This document shows, piece by piece, positions 1 to 10,381 of a DNA stretch of 64,000 nucleotides. The translations under genes and the position numbers were made by a program. Source of the stretch: an uncultured Acidobacteriota bacterium (GTDB lineage Bacteria > Acidobacteriota > UBA6911); NCBI GenBank assembly GCA_964534795.1, contig CAZHQK010000180.1, positions 4,395 to 68,394 of the forward strand, given 5' to 3'. The notes under the pieces are model-generated. The model saw nothing but the letters and a program-made list of their open reading frames with translations. It did not search any database and was not told the origin of the DNA. Within the stretch, counting starts at the first letter, position 1. Every line of letters starts with the position of its first letter.

Positions 1-223
1 CTGGGTGCCCGAGTGTGCTCAGCCGGGCCAGGCGCTGCAAGAGCACTCGCGAATCGTGTTCCTCCCCGCCGGGAACAAGCACCTCCTTCAACACCACTGC
101 GACACCCGCCTCCTTCAAATCGTGCGCCAGGTAGCTGTATCCCAACGGACCCCGCCCGAGGCATGACTCCACCCGGTAACGGTCCCCGACAACCGATCCG
201 ATCTCAAGAACATCGCCCGACAT
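1..223 (-). CDS. Ser/Thr protein kinase, N-terminal fragment. The gene runs off the window edge. An alternative upstream ATG lies at 350-352.
   Basis: Reverse translation gives MSGDVLEIGSVVGDRYRVESCLGRGPLGYSYLAHDLKEAGVAVVLKEV... This matches the Hanks kinase subdomain I-II pattern (Gly-loop LGRGxxGxxY, then VAVK-like Lys). The frame is open to position 1, and it is absent from the ORF track because no stop falls inside the window. Confidence 0.4.
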   Translation of the reverse strand, partial: MSGDVLEIGSVVGDRYRVESCLGRGPLGYSYLAHDLKEAGVAVVLKEVLVPGGEEHDSRVLLQRLARLSTLGHP

Positions 224-598
224 CAGATCATCCTCCCCGCAAAGCCTCAAACCATCTCTCGGAAGCCCCCGCCCATAAAAGCAGCTGTCAACGGCTGCCG
301 CAACACCGGCACGGATTCCTTTCCATCGCTGGCCAACCTCCTTCGAGCGCATGATGCGCAGATGAATCTTGGACCATTATAGATATGCGCCCGCCCTTCC
401 GGCAACCGAGCGCCGGTTATGCCGATGCCGATGGCGCTCCAGCTTGCACGATCGATTTCGCCCGATTGGGGCCGGTGCCGGGCATCCATCCGGCATAGTC
501 ACCGACTATCTAACGTCCCTGCCGGCCGAGTGAGCCACTTTTTCGCGCAGGGCCTTAGCCACTTGACAGCAGCGGGCAATTCCCCGAAACTGGCCCCG

Positions 599-2365
599 AT
601 GTACCATAAGTTGCTCGCTATGCGGCCCCGCCTCGCGGTAACGATCTGGCTCTTGTCTCATCTCTGCACCGGGCTGAATGCCCAGGAGGTTCGACCCGAA
701 TTCCTCGTCCGAAGCGGACTCTCGGGAACAAAAGGAGGCGTCCTCGTCGCCGCCATCAATGCCGATATCTCCACCTTCAACAGGATGCTCACCGCCGGCA
801 TGGCCAATGCCATGGTGGCCGACCGCCTCTCCGGAGACCTCGTACACATCAACCGCAGAACGCTCGAACTGGAACCGTCCCTCGCCTCGCGCTGGGAAAC
901 CGCAGCGGACGGCAGGACCTATACGATTCACCTGCGCCGGGGCCTGCGTTTCTCCGACGGCAGCCCATTCACGGCCGACGACGTTCTGTTTTCGTTCCAG
1001 GTGCTGCAGGATCCCGCGACAGCGGCCGATCAGGCCGGGCAGGTGCAGATCGACGGCGGCTTTCCATCCGTCACCAAGATCGACGACCACACCGTCAAGC
1101 TGGAATTCCCCCGGCCGGTCGGGATGGGGCTGCGCGCGCTGGACTCCATTCCCATGCTCCCCAGGCACCGGCTCATGGATGCCTTCCGGCAGGGGAACCT
1201 GCGCTCGGCTTGGGGCCCCGGCGTCGACCCCGAGCAGGTGGCCGGCATGGGGCCGTTTCGCCTGAAAGAATACCGGCGCGGGATCCACGTGATCCTGGAA
1301 CGGAATCCCTATTACTGGAAGAGGGATGAATCGGCACAGGCTTTGCCCTACCTCGACCGTATCGTTTTCCTCGTCATCCAGGACCGCAACGCGGAAGCCC
1401 TGCGATTCCAGGCCGGCGAGCTCGATGTGGCCTCTTCGCTCAGCCCGGAGAACTTCGCCTTGCTGCGCCGCTCGCAGCCCAGAGGAAACTACCAGCTCAA
1501 GGATCTGGGCCCCGGATTGGGAATGGAATTCCTGTGGCTCAATCTCAACCCCGGGAAAAAGCCATCCGGCGAGCCCTACCTGGATCCCGAAAAACTGCGA
1601 CTGTTCCAGAGAGTCGAATTTCGGCAGGCGGTCTCCTGCGCGCTCGACCGTGAGGCCATGAAGCGCTCTGTCTTCCTGGGTCTGGGCGAGCCGCAGAGCG
1701 GTCCGATCAGCACAGGCAACAAGGCGTGGCGGCATCCCGACCTGCGATCCGCAACTCACGACCCGGCGCGCGCACGCGAACTTTTGGCCCGCATCGGCCT
1801 CCGGGACCGCGACGGCGACGGCATCCTGGAGTACGGAAGCAGAATGGCACCGCTCGAGATCGACCTTCTCAGTTCCCGCGGCAACCTGGCCAGGGAGAAG
1901 ATGGCCCAGATTATCAAGGAGAACCTCGCTCGTGCCGGCATCCGTGCCAACGTGCAGCTCCTGCTCGCCAACGAAATCGCCGCGCGCTTTATGGAAACCT
2001 TCGATTACGAGGCCATCCTCTTCGGCATCATCCCCACGGACGTTGTACCCGACCTGCAGACTGATCTCTGGTACAGTAGCGGCCGGCTGCATTTCTGGTA
2101 CCCGGCGCAGCCAAAGCCTCTTTACCCGTGGGAGGCCACGCTCGATGAACTGACCTCACGCCTTGTCCGCACAGTGGACCCACAGGCCCGCAGGGAGCTC
2201 TGCAACCGTATGCAGGAACTGTGGGTGCAGGAAATGCCGGCCATCCCGGTCATAGCTCCCAACGTGATCGTGGGATGGAAAAGCACCGTCGGAAACGTCA
2301 GCCCTTCCATCCTCGTACCCCATCTTCTCTGGAACGCGGAAGAGCTGACCGTTGGCAGGAAGTAG
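599..2365 (+). CDS. ABC transporter periplasmic substrate-binding protein, family 5 (peptide/nickel, DppA/OppA-like)
   Basis: The 648-aa ORF (419..2365) has a signal-peptide-like segment after internal Met 61/68 (MYHKLLAMRPRLAVTIWLLSHLCTG). It shows SBP_bac_5-like content and is followed by two permease genes. The N-terminal extension before 599 is Arg/Pro-rich, typical of GC artefact. Confidence 0.7.
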   Translation: MYHKLLAMRPRLAVTIWLLSHLCTGLNAQEVRPEFLVRSGLSGTKGGVLVAAINADISTFNRMLTAGMANAMVADRLSGDLVHINRRTLELEPSLASRWETAADGRTYTIHLRRGLRFSDGSPFTADDVLFSFQVLQDPATAADQAGQVQIDGGFPSVTKIDDHTVKLEFPRPVGMGLRALDSIPMLPRHRLMDAFRQGNLRSAWGPGVDPEQVAGMGPFRLKEYRRGIHVILERNPYYWKRDESAQALPYLDRIVFLVIQDRNAEALRFQAGELDVASSLSPENFALLRRSQPRGNYQLKDLGPGLGMEFLWLNLNPGKKPSGEPYLDPEKLRLFQRVEFRQAVSCALDREAMKRSVFLGLGEPQSGPISTGNKAWRHPDLRSATHDPARARELLARIGLRDRDGDGILEYGSRMAPLEIDLLSSRGNLAREKMAQIIKENLARAGIRANVQLLLANEIAARFMETFDYEAILFGIIPTDVVPDLQTDLWYSSGRLHFWYPAQPKPLYPWEATLDELTSRLVRTVDPQARRELCNRMQELWVQEMPAIPVIAPNVIVGWKSTVGNVSPSILVPHLLWNAEELTVGRK

Positions 2366-2395
2366 CGCCGCAAGCGGCGCTCCGCGGATTCACCG

Positions 2396-3385
2396 ATGGG
2401 ATCGCACCTCGGGCTGATCGGCAGGAAGGCGGGGCAGTTGGCGGCTCTGGTGCTCGCAGTCACTTTCGCGACATTCCTGCTGTCGTCCCTGATCCCCGGC
2501 GATTTTTACGCCGGCCGCGAACTCGACCCGACAGTCAGGCGTGAGACGCTCGAACGGCTGCGCAGCATCCAGGGGCTCGACCTGCCCATGCACGTGCAGT
2601 ACCTGCGCTGGCTGCGACGCGCCGCCCGGCTCGACCTCGGGATCTCGCTCTATTACCAGGCACCCGTCGCCTCGGTGGCGGCGCAGGCGCTCGCGCGAAC
2701 TCTCTGGATCGGAGCCCCTGCCCTGCTGATCGGCGTTCTCCTGGGTTCGCTGCTGGGCTCCCTCCATGCCTTGTCTGCCGGCAGGATGCCCGGCGTTCTT
2801 TTCGACGTCCTCTCTGCGATCGCCCTATCGCTCCCCACGGTGCTGCTCGGCCTGCTTGCGCTCCTGTTCGCAGCCCACACCCGATGGTTCCCGCTGGGAG
2901 GAATGAGCGCCCCCGACCTGGCCGGAGGCCGCTTTGGGGAGTGGTTGCCGGACCGGCTGCACCACCTCGTCCTGCCGGTGCTTTGCCTCGCCGCCCCGAT
3001 CCTGGCCTATGTCGAACGCATCCAGCTGGCCTCCTGCAGGCAGACGCTGGAGCAGCAGATCGTGCGCGCGGCGCGCGCGCGCGGGCTGGGCGCCGGACGC
3101 GTGCTCGTCCACCATCTGCTGCGACCGTCGCTCAACCCGGTGCTCGCGGTTCTCGGTCCGCTGTTCGGCGCGGCTTTGAGCGGCAGTCTGGTGATCGAGG
3201 TGATTTTCGCCTGGCCCGGTCTCGGCCAGGTCACCTACGAGGCCCTCTTCAACCGCGACGTGTTCCTCCTCGCCGGATGCGTCCTTACGACCAGTCTGCT
3301 GCTCGCGCTCGGCAGCATCGGCGCCGATTTCGTCGCCGCGCTCGTCGACCCGCGCGTGCGTCCTTCGCGGGAGCGGCAAATATGA
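2396..3385 (+). CDS. ABC transporter permease (DppB/OppB-like)
   Basis: 329 aa, multi-TM, with an EAA-like loop region and synteny with the substrate-binding protein. Its stop overlaps the next permease start. Confidence 0.8.
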   Translation: MGSHLGLIGRKAGQLAALVLAVTFATFLLSSLIPGDFYAGRELDPTVRRETLERLRSIQGLDLPMHVQYLRWLRRAARLDLGISLYYQAPVASVAAQALARTLWIGAPALLIGVLLGSLLGSLHALSAGRMPGVLFDVLSAIALSLPTVLLGLLALLFAAHTRWFPLGGMSAPDLAGGRFGEWLPDRLHHLVLPVLCLAAPILAYVERIQLASCRQTLEQQIVRAARARGLGAGRVLVHHLLRPSLNPVLAVLGPLFGAALSGSLVIEVIFAWPGLGQVTYEALFNRDVFLLAGCVLTTSLLLALGSIGADFVAALVDPRVRPSRERQI

Positions 3386-4419
3386 AACGCGGCCGCCTCG
3401 CCTCCGCCCTCCTGGGCACCGCCACGGCGCTCTTCGTGCTCATCCCCCTGGGTGCGGACTTCTTCGCGAGCAATCCGCCCGAATCCCAGAATCTGGACCG
3501 ATTCTACGCTCCGCCGACGAGGGTGCGTTTCGTCGACCGGCAGGGCAGGTTTCACTGGAGGCCCTTCGTCTATGGTGCGCGCATTGCGGATCCGCTGGAA
3601 ACCGTGTATGAAGAAGATTCCGAGGCGATCCACCCGCTGTACTTCTTCACCACCGGCTACAGCTACCGCCTCCTGGGCGTAGTGCCCTGCCGGGTGCATC
3701 TGGTCGGAACGCAGGCGCCCGGAACCTTTTACCCGTGCGGCAACGACGAACTCGGCCGCGATGTGCTGGCCCGCGCGCTGGCCGGCACGCGCACCTCGCT
3801 GCTGGTCGTCCTCGCCGGCGTGGTGCTGTACGTCGTACTGGGCTCGGCGGTCGGAATCCCGGCGGGCGTTGCGGGAGGCTGGCTCGATTCCCTTCTCATG
3901 CGCTTCTCGGAATTCGTGCTCGCGCTCCCCGCCCTCTATATCATACTGGCGCTGCGCGCCCTGCTGCCGCCCAGACTTTCCTCCGCGCAGGCGTTCCTGC
4001 TGACGACGGGCACCATCGCCGCCGTCACCTGGCCGCCCATGGCTCGCGGTATCCGCGGACTGATCCGGCAGTTGCGCAGCGCCGGCTACGTGGAAGCCGC
4101 CCGCTCACTGGGTTGTTCCACGCCCTGGATCGTGCGCCGCCACATCCTCCCCGCGCTTCTCCCCTACATGCTTCAGCAGACCCTGGTGGCAGCCCCGGTT
4201 TTTCTCCTGGGAGAGGTCATCCTGTCGTTCCTCGACGTCGGTGCGGGATCATCGGGAGTCTCGCTGGGAAGCATGCTGCGCAATCTGAGGGACGCGCGCG
4301 TGCTGACGGATTTCTGGTGGAACCTCTTACCGCTGGCGCTCGTGTTCCTCGTGCTGCTCTACTTGAATCTCATGAGCACGAGGGTGATGCGCCAAGCCGG
4401 GACACGCACGGTGCTGTAG
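3383..4419 (+). CDS. ABC transporter permease (DppC/OppC-like)
   Basis: In-frame ATG at 3383 (MKRGRLASALLGTATALFVLIPLG...) inside the long ORF 2884..4419. It is a hydrophobic multi-TM protein, and the 2-nt stop/start overlap with the upstream permease is typical of these operons. Confidence 0.75.
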
Positions 4420-4573
4420 CCCACGCGGCGGGCCGATGCCGCATGCAAGCCTGTCCGACAGGAAAAATACTCCCTCCACCCTCCCCCAGTGTGAGCGGGG
4501 AACCGGAATAGGCAAAAGATGATTCTGCCGACTCGCCGGGATTCCTGCGCGATTGCCGGAATCCGCGCGCAGC

Positions 4574-4873
4574 TTACTTCTTGGCGGGCACGATGGCGTC
4601 TTTTGCCGCCTTGGCCACGCGGAACTTCACGACCGTCTTGGCGGGGATCTTTATCGTCTCGCCGGTCTGGGGATTTCTCCCGACGCGTGCCTTGCGATGC
4701 GCCTTGACCAGTTTCCCGATTCCGGGAAACACGAACTGTCCGCTCTTCTTGGTCTCGCTCACCGCAATCCTGGCGATGGCGTCGAGGACGTCCTTGGCGA
4801 TCGCCTTGGTCAGACCGGTTTCCTGCGCAAGGAACGAAACCAACTGGCTCTTGCTCATCACCTTACCTGCCAT
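4574..4873 (-). CDS. hup: HU family DNA-binding protein (histone-like)
   Basis: 99 aa, MAGKVMSKSQLVSFLAQETGLTKAIAKDVLDAIARIAVSETKKSGQFVFPGIGKLVKAHRKARVGRNPQTGETIKIPAKTVVKFRVAKAAK. This is a textbook HU/IHF fold signature (GFGxF...R.GRNPxTGE). Confidence 0.88.
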   Translation of the reverse strand: MAGKVMSKSQLVSFLAQETGLTKAIAKDVLDAIARIAVSETKKSGQFVFPGIGKLVKAHRKARVGRNPQTGETIKIPAKTVVKFRVAKAAKDAIVPAKK

Positions 4874-4998
4874 ATGACCTTGCTCCTTTCATCTCGATCA
4901 TCCCCAGCAGCAAAAAACCACAACGTTCGAATACTGCAAAGCGTCCCGCGACTTTCGCCGCAAGGCAAGCACGGATCGCAAGAATCAGGCCCGGATTG

Positions 4999-5628
4999 CT
5001 ACCTCCGCGATTGATAGTAGGGATTCCGGCCGGCCGCGTGGTCCGTAGTATCCAGGATCTCGCCTACCTCGGGAATCAACTCGCGGATCGATCTTTCGAT
5101 CCCCTGTCGCAGCGTCGCATCGGCTGCGCCGCACCCCTGGCAGCCGCCGCCCAGGCGAAGATAGACGGAGCTGTTCTTGACGTCGATCAACTCCACCCAG
5201 CCGCCGTGCATCCCGAGCGCGGGATTCACCTCCCTGTCGAGCAACTGCTGTACCTTGCGCCGGATCTCTTCGTCGGAAGGCAGGCTGCGTCGATATTCCT
5301 CGCTCACGGCGGGTTCGCCGGAGCGAATGTGCTCCCGTATCTTGGCCCCAATCTGCTTTCCGATCACAGGCCAGGGATCGTTGCCGGATTTGGTGACGGT
5401 CACCTGGTTTTCCGCAATCACCACGTTCATCACCTCGGGGATCTCGAAGATCCGCGCTGCCAGGGGAGAAAGTCTCGCGGCGTTGCGGTCGGCGAAATAG
5501 GCCGAGCCGCCGGCGTAGACGGGCCGATCCACGGTAAATTTGCATATGGCCGGATTGCTCGTCGGTTCGCCGATAATCCGGATGTCCTGGTCTGCAGGCA
5601 TTCGCCCTCCTTGTCCCATGGAATTCAC
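4999..5628 (-). CDS. NifU/Nfu-type Fe-S cluster assembly protein
   Basis: 209 aa with a C-terminal NifU domain carrying CxxC (GGGCQGCGAADATL). The N-terminal Nfu_N-like region runs ICKFTVDRPVYAG... Confidence 0.75.
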   Translation of the reverse strand: MNSMGQGGRMPADQDIRIIGEPTSNPAICKFTVDRPVYAGGSAYFADRNAARLSPLAARIFEIPEVMNVVIAENQVTVTKSGNDPWPVIGKQIGAKIREHIRSGEPAVSEEYRRSLPSDEEIRRKVQQLLDREVNPALGMHGGWVELIDVKNSSVYLRLGGGCQGCGAADATLRQGIERSIRELIPEVGEILDTTDHAAGRNPYYQSRR

Positions 5629-5802
5629 TGCTGAAATTACCCGAGCCGCGCAGGCTTGTCAATTCAATCCGCGCTCCGGATGCGCCTGCGCTTCCACATG
5701 CCGTTACCGGACCCGTTGCGTGCGGGCGCACGGGATGCTCCGGCAGGCCCGGCCTCAACGGCGATGCATGCGATGCTTCGGGCGGAGGGTGCCGGAAAGG
5801 GA

Positions 5803-6141
5803 CTATCCGGCCTTCTTGCCGACGGGGAATCCGATGAATCGGCGCTCGGCGCCGGCGAAGGCAGGCTTGTATGTGAGGGCGGGGGCTGCAGCCTCGAAGT
5901 CCATCCGCGCAATGCCGTCCCAGGCAATATCGAGGCTGCGGCCCGATGTTTCCACCTTGAGCACTTCAGGACTGGAAAAATCCAGTACGTCGGCCGGGCC
6001 GATCGCCAGGCTTTCGCCTGCTTCCGTGGTGACGACCATCCTGTCCTTGGGAGAATACCTGCCCGACCCGCCGGCCGCAGGAACCAGGTCCGCACCCTTT
6101 ATCATCTCGAGGATCCAGAACTGTTTCTTGCTCACGTACAT
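5803..6141 (-). CDS. hypothetical protein (112 aa)
   Basis: Internal ATG at 6139-6141 (MYVSKKQFWILEMIKGADLVPAAG...) of the ORF 5803..6327. The upstream part is Arg-rich, artefact-like. I recognise no domain. Confidence 0.35.
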   Translation of the reverse strand: MYVSKKQFWILEMIKGADLVPAAGGSGRYSPKDRMVVTTEAGESLAIGPADVLDFSSPEVLKVETSGRSLDIAWDGIARMDFEAAAPALTYKPAFAGAERRFIGFPVGKKAG

Positions 6142-6454
6142 CGCAACGCTCCATCCGGATGCGCGAATCCGGAAAGGTCGGCGCAACCGTCGGGCCAGTG
6201 CTCGCAGAACCGGGTGCCCGCCGACGCCTCGTCCCGTTCCCTGGTGGAACCTGTGGACACCAACCCTGCGCCTCCTTCGGCTTACTGCCCGCGCGGTATG
6301 CGAGGGGAAACATACCGCTCGCCTCAACGGGCCATATCGTTCGTTGGTGCTATTTTAAGCACAAAAAAAAAGGATGCAAGCGCCGAATCGCCCCGCTCGA
6401 CGGGGCGATCTCCGGTCTTTCCCCCGGAGGGGCCAACGCCCGCCCGGACGCTCT

Positions 6455-6838
6455 TCAGCGCACCGCATCGCGCATGATGTTCGTGATGACCTCCTCGACC
6501 TCCCTGGCCACCGGCTCGAGTTCGGGCGCGCCGAGCAGCGCGACCATGGCCGTCGGCTGCAGGGTCGCGACCTTGGTCTTCCCGCCCTCGCGATATACCG
6601 AGACCCTGCAGGGCAGCATCGTGGATACCTCGGGCCTCGCATCCAGCACTTTCTTTGCCTGATGCGGATTGCAGATCTCGAAGATGACGCATTCGCCGTC
6701 GAAGGGAACACCCTTTGCGGCCATCGTTTGCTTCAGATCGTGCGACGCCATGACGCCGAACTTGTGTTTCTGCACCACGGGTTCCACGGCAGCGCAGACC
6801 TCGCGCATCGGTTTATCGCTTTCGTAAACAATCAGCAT
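6455..6838 (-). CDS. DUF302 domain protein
   Basis: 127 aa with a composition and motif pattern (..FGVMASHDLKQTMAAKGVPFDGECVIFEICNP..) characteristic of the DUF302 family. Confidence 0.6.
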   Translation of the reverse strand: MLIVYESDKPMREVCAAVEPVVQKHKFGVMASHDLKQTMAAKGVPFDGECVIFEICNPHQAKKVLDARPEVSTMLPCRVSVYREGGKTKVATLQPTAMVALLGAPELEPVAREVEEVITNIMRDAVR

Positions 6839-6952
6839 GGCTCACTCCTCCTGCAATCGTTATCGATCCTGCCGCTTCCAACCGCAGGCACGGATTTCGC
6901 CGGCGCTTGCGCGCGACTCCGTGTCGCGGGCATCCGTCCGCACAACGCCATA

Positions 6953-7753
6953 TCAATCGCCCGCCGCCAGCATCTTTCCCGCCAGCTCCTTCAGGATCTT
7001 GGCGCACGCCGCCGCGGTAATGCCCGAAGCGTCGCGCCGCGGATTGAACTCGACGATATCCGCACCGACAATGCTGCCCCGGAGTGCCCGGATGGCTCGC
7101 AAGAGCATGCGCGTCGTGCAGCCGCCGGGTTCGTGATGCGATACGCCGGGAGCGCAAGCCGGATCGAGCACGTCCATATCGACGGAAACGTAGACCGGCC
7201 CATCGATCTCCAAAACCAAATCCTCGCGCCAGTCATCCATCTCGATCGTGCGGATGCCGAACCTGCGCGCCTGCGCCCTCAATTCCCCGGTATCGGCCCG
7301 CACGCCGACCTGGATCAAGCGATCGGCCAGCTTCGCCTCCATGATGCGCGCAAACGGGCACCCGTGCGACAACCGGTCGCCCTGGAACTCGTCATAGGTA
7401 TCGGGATGGGCATCGAAGTCGACGACGGCCAGGGTCGGGAAGAAACGGCGGAAGGATCTCACGATCGGATAGGTTACCGAGTGGTCGCCGCCCAGGCAGA
7501 CGGGGACGAAGCCCTGCTCAAGAAGGCCGGCGACCGCGCGGCTGATTTTTTCCGGAGCGTCGCCGGGCGAGCCTTCGATGTCGCCCGCGTCGTACAACAC
7601 TCCCGGGGCGCCGAGATCGATGCCGCTCTCCGACCAGAGATTCCCTGCGCCCGACCACAAGGCGCGCCGGATGAGGGGCGGCGCCTCGGCGGCGCCGCGC
7701 ATGAACGACGAGTGCTCGTCGAAGGGCAAGCCGATCAATGCAATTCGTTTCAT
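6953..7753 (-). CDS. speB: agmatinase / arginase-family ureohydrolase
   Basis: 266 aa. It carries the arginase-family Mn-binding motifs GGDHS, DAHPD and SVDMDVLDP, and is of agmatinase length. Confidence 0.8.
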   Translation of the reverse strand: MKRIALIGLPFDEHSSFMRGAAEAPPLIRRALWSGAGNLWSESGIDLGAPGVLYDAGDIEGSPGDAPEKISRAVAGLLEQGFVPVCLGGDHSVTYPIVRSFRRFFPTLAVVDFDAHPDTYDEFQGDRLSHGCPFARIMEAKLADRLIQVGVRADTGELRAQARRFGIRTIEMDDWREDLVLEIDGPVYVSVDMDVLDPACAPGVSHHEPGGCTTRMLLRAIRALRGSIVGADIVEFNPRRDASGITAAACAKILKELAGKMLAAGD

Positions 7754-7783
7754 CGGTTGAATCTCCTTGCGCCGCCGGGGGCC

Positions 7784-9058
7784 TCAGTTCTGGTAGAAGA
7801 CCAGCGTTCTCGCCGGGATCGCCTTGTCGTCGACCTCGTCGCCGCTCAGGATCCGCCCGTCGGGGAGCCGATAGAAGGTGGAAGGATAGTTCCACTTGCG
7901 ACCGGCGATGCGCACCGGGGGACGGCCGGTCTGGACGTAACCGCCGTAGGTATAGCCGACGAGAACGCGGGTTCCCCGGGGCGGGTTCTCGAGCAAGGCG
8001 CGTCCCGCGGCATTGCGCACGAGCTCCGAGCCGGTGCGTATCAGACCGTCGGGGAAAAAGTAGATCGTGGAACTTTCCGCCCATGCCTCGCCGGCAAGCT
8101 GACGCACGGTGTCGCCGTCCCTGCCGATTTCCATGAAGCCCTCGAAGGTTTCTTCACGCTCCTCGCCGGAGAACTGGACGCGCGTGCCCGCGGGTATCCT
8201 GTTCCAGTCGGCGATACGATCCCCGGGGACCCGGTCGCCGTTCGGGAAGATATACAGGGTATCCGGGCGGTTGTAACGCTCGCGCGCGATGCTCCAGGCA
8301 TTGACCCCCGGGGTGATCACGCCCGCTTCGCCGGAGGCCGCGCCCGCTTCGACACTGCCGCCTTCGGCGCCGCGCACCTCGGCGGCGGGTACCGGCATGT
8401 AGAGGTGGCGCTGCAGCTCGGCGTCCGCGACCTTCAGACGGCCGGCATCGACGTCCGGGTCGCGCTCCGGCCGGGCGCGCAGGCCCAGGCGCTCGCGCAC
8501 GTCGGGCCGCGCGAAAATCATGCCGCAGCGCTTGCGGCCGCGGTGGTTGTGCGGGTGAAACCGGTTCGGGCGCCCGTACGCCACCATGGAATGAGTCAGG
8601 ACGTTTTCGTCCGGGATCCGGTAGAGGGATTTCAGCTGGCGCAGCAGCTCCCGCAGCGCCTCGTACTGGGCGGCCGTGATGTCGCGGTCGTAACGGCCCA
8701 CGACCTCGATGCCGATGGAATAGTTGTCCAGGCCCGTGACCCCCGCCCACATGCTGCGGCCCGCGTGCGTGGCGATCCGGTGGCGCTCGATGATTCGATA
8801 GACGCGGCCCGCGGGCGTCACGAAGTAATGGGTCTCGCCGTAGCGCCGGACCTCGTTCAGGGCGCTGGTTTCGCCCCCTTCGGTGGTGTGCAGGATGATG
8901 TAACGCGTCGCGGGCCGCACCGGGCGCCGAGAATTCAGCGGGCTCAGGCGATTGCTGATCTTCAAACCTGCGGCTTCGTCCGCCGACGGGCCGCCCGCGA
9001 ATGCCAACGCCACGATCAGACACAACGAAGCCGGCAGTCTTCCCAGGATCATGATCAT
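7784..9058 (-). CDS. N-acetylmuramoyl-L-alanine amidase (amidase_2/PGRP domain) with a C-terminal repeat region
   Basis: A signal peptide (MIMILGRLPASLCLIVALAFAGG), then an amidase_2 core (YIILHTTEGG...HYFV). The C-terminus has repeated 'YxFPDG..G' modules (YIFPNGDRVPGD, IYFFPDGLIRTG, FYRLPDGRILSG). The start overlaps the upstream gene's stop (ATGATCATGA). Confidence 0.6.
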   Translation of the reverse strand: MIMILGRLPASLCLIVALAFAGGPSADEAAGLKISNRLSPLNSRRPVRPATRYIILHTTEGGETSALNEVRRYGETHYFVTPAGRVYRIIERHRIATHAGRSMWAGVTGLDNYSIGIEVVGRYDRDITAAQYEALRELLRQLKSLYRIPDENVLTHSMVAYGRPNRFHPHNHRGRKRCGMIFARPDVRERLGLRARPERDPDVDAGRLKVADAELQRHLYMPVPAAEVRGAEGGSVEAGAASGEAGVITPGVNAWSIARERYNRPDTLYIFPNGDRVPGDRIADWNRIPAGTRVQFSGEEREETFEGFMEIGRDGDTVRQLAGEAWAESSTIYFFPDGLIRTGSELVRNAAGRALLENPPRGTRVLVGYTYGGYVQTGRPPVRIAGRKWNYPSTFYRLPDGRILSGDEVDDKAIPARTLVFYQN

Positions 9059-10008
9059 TGCAGGACGCTCTTCAAGGTCTCCGGGGCGATGTTGGCGCCG
9101 CACAGAACGATCACATGGCGCTCGTCGTGCCCGCCGCAGGCGACCTTGTGGAAGGCGGCGAGCGCCACGGCGGCGGCGCCCTCGATGAGCATGCGATGCG
9201 ACCCGATGAACGAGCGCAGGGCGCCGGCGATCTCATCTTCCGAAACCAGAACGTATTCGTCGACGAGTTTTCGGCACAGATCGAAGGTGATCGAGCCCGG
9301 CTCGATGCCGCCGGCGGTGCCGTCCGAAAGCGTCGGCTTCGACTCCAGCGCGAGGATCCGTCCGGCGCGCACGGACTGCACCATGACGCACGAGTTTTCC
9401 GGGGAGCAACCGTAGATGCGCACGCCGCCGTCGAGCGCCTTGAGATAGCCGGCGATTCCCGAGATCAGCCCCCCGCCCCCGAGGGCGACGAACACGCGAT
9501 CGACACGATCCAGCTGGCGCGCAATCTCGACGCCGACCGTACCCTGCCCGCCGACGACCTGGGGATCGTTGTACGGGGAGACGTAAACCGCGCCGTTCTC
9601 CGCCGCATAGGCGCGCGCATGCATCTCGGCCTCCACGCAGTCACGGCCGTGCACGCGGACCGCCGCGCCCATGCGGCGCATGGCATCCACCTTGACCCGG
9701 GATGCGCCTTCCGGCACGAAGATCGTGCTCGGGATGCCCGCGCGTGCCGCGGCGCACGCGACCGCGGCTCCGTGGTTTCCCGTGGAAGCGGCCACAACGC
9801 CTGCCTGCCGCTGTGCCGGCGCGAGAGCAGCGATCTTGTTCACGGCCCCGCGGAACTTGAACGATCCGGTCTCCTGGAGGTTTTCGAGCTTCAGGTAGAC
9901 GGGGGCACCGCACGCCCGGCTCAAGTCCGCGGAGTACTCGAGGGGCGTTTCCCGGATCGCGCGGCGGATGCGCCTTTCCGCCAGGAGTATTTCGCGCAGC
10001 AGATCCAT
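9055..10008 (-). CDS. threonine dehydratase / serine-threonine ammonia-lyase (PLP-dependent, fold type II)
   Basis: Internal ATG at 10006-10008 (MDLLREILLAERRIRRAIRETPLEYSADL...). It has the PLP-lysine motif SFKFRGA, the Gly-rich GGGGL loop and a catalytic-domain-only length. Confidence 0.75.
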   Translation of the reverse strand: MDLLREILLAERRIRRAIRETPLEYSADLSRACGAPVYLKLENLQETGSFKFRGAVNKIAALAPAQRQAGVVAASTGNHGAAVACAAARAGIPSTIFVPEGASRVKVDAMRRMGAAVRVHGRDCVEAEMHARAYAAENGAVYVSPYNDPQVVGGQGTVGVEIARQLDRVDRVFVALGGGGLISGIAGYLKALDGGVRIYGCSPENSCVMVQSVRAGRILALESKPTLSDGTAGGIEPGSITFDLCRKLVDEYVLVSEDEIAGALRSFIGSHRMLIEGAAAVALAAFHKVACGGHDERHVIVLCGANIAPETLKSVLQ

Positions 10009-10381
10009 GCAGCTGCTCCTCACAGCGCGGTCCGGCGGAAGTTGCGCCGGACCCCCAACATGATACCCGGTGCATGCGTCAATGGGTAGGGAAACCGAGG
10101 GCCGCACGGCATCGCAAACCCGGAGCGAAAGCCGGCTCACCCTGCGCTCGCTGCCGCCCGCGCAGGGGTCGCAGGGAAGGGTGCCGATCCGATCCCCGTC
10201 GCGGCGGCACATTCTCGAAACGCCCTGAGCGTGCGGAAGCGAAGGCGGATTCTCCGCGGTCTTCCGGCCGGTTCTTTTTTGTCCATTGACGGGCTCGCAC
10301 TTTTCCGCTACTGTTTGCGCGCTGGTTTGATGTTAAGAGCGTTTCTTGCAGCAAGCCTAGCTACATAGGAGAGAGAAAGAA

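Noticed and set aside
6355-6454. Intrinsic terminator after the DUF302 gene (stem ATCGCCCCG/CGGGGCGAT with downstream T9 run)
   Set aside because: The T-run is about 17 nt from the stem base rather than adjacent, so a canonical terminator is not supported. It is possible but weak.
6374-9415. 1013-aa ORF on the + strand
   Set aside because: It lies antisense to three well-supported minus-strand genes (agmatinase, amidase, threonine dehydratase). It is Arg/Gly/Ala/Pro-rich and low-complexity, the typical GC-rich antisense artefact.
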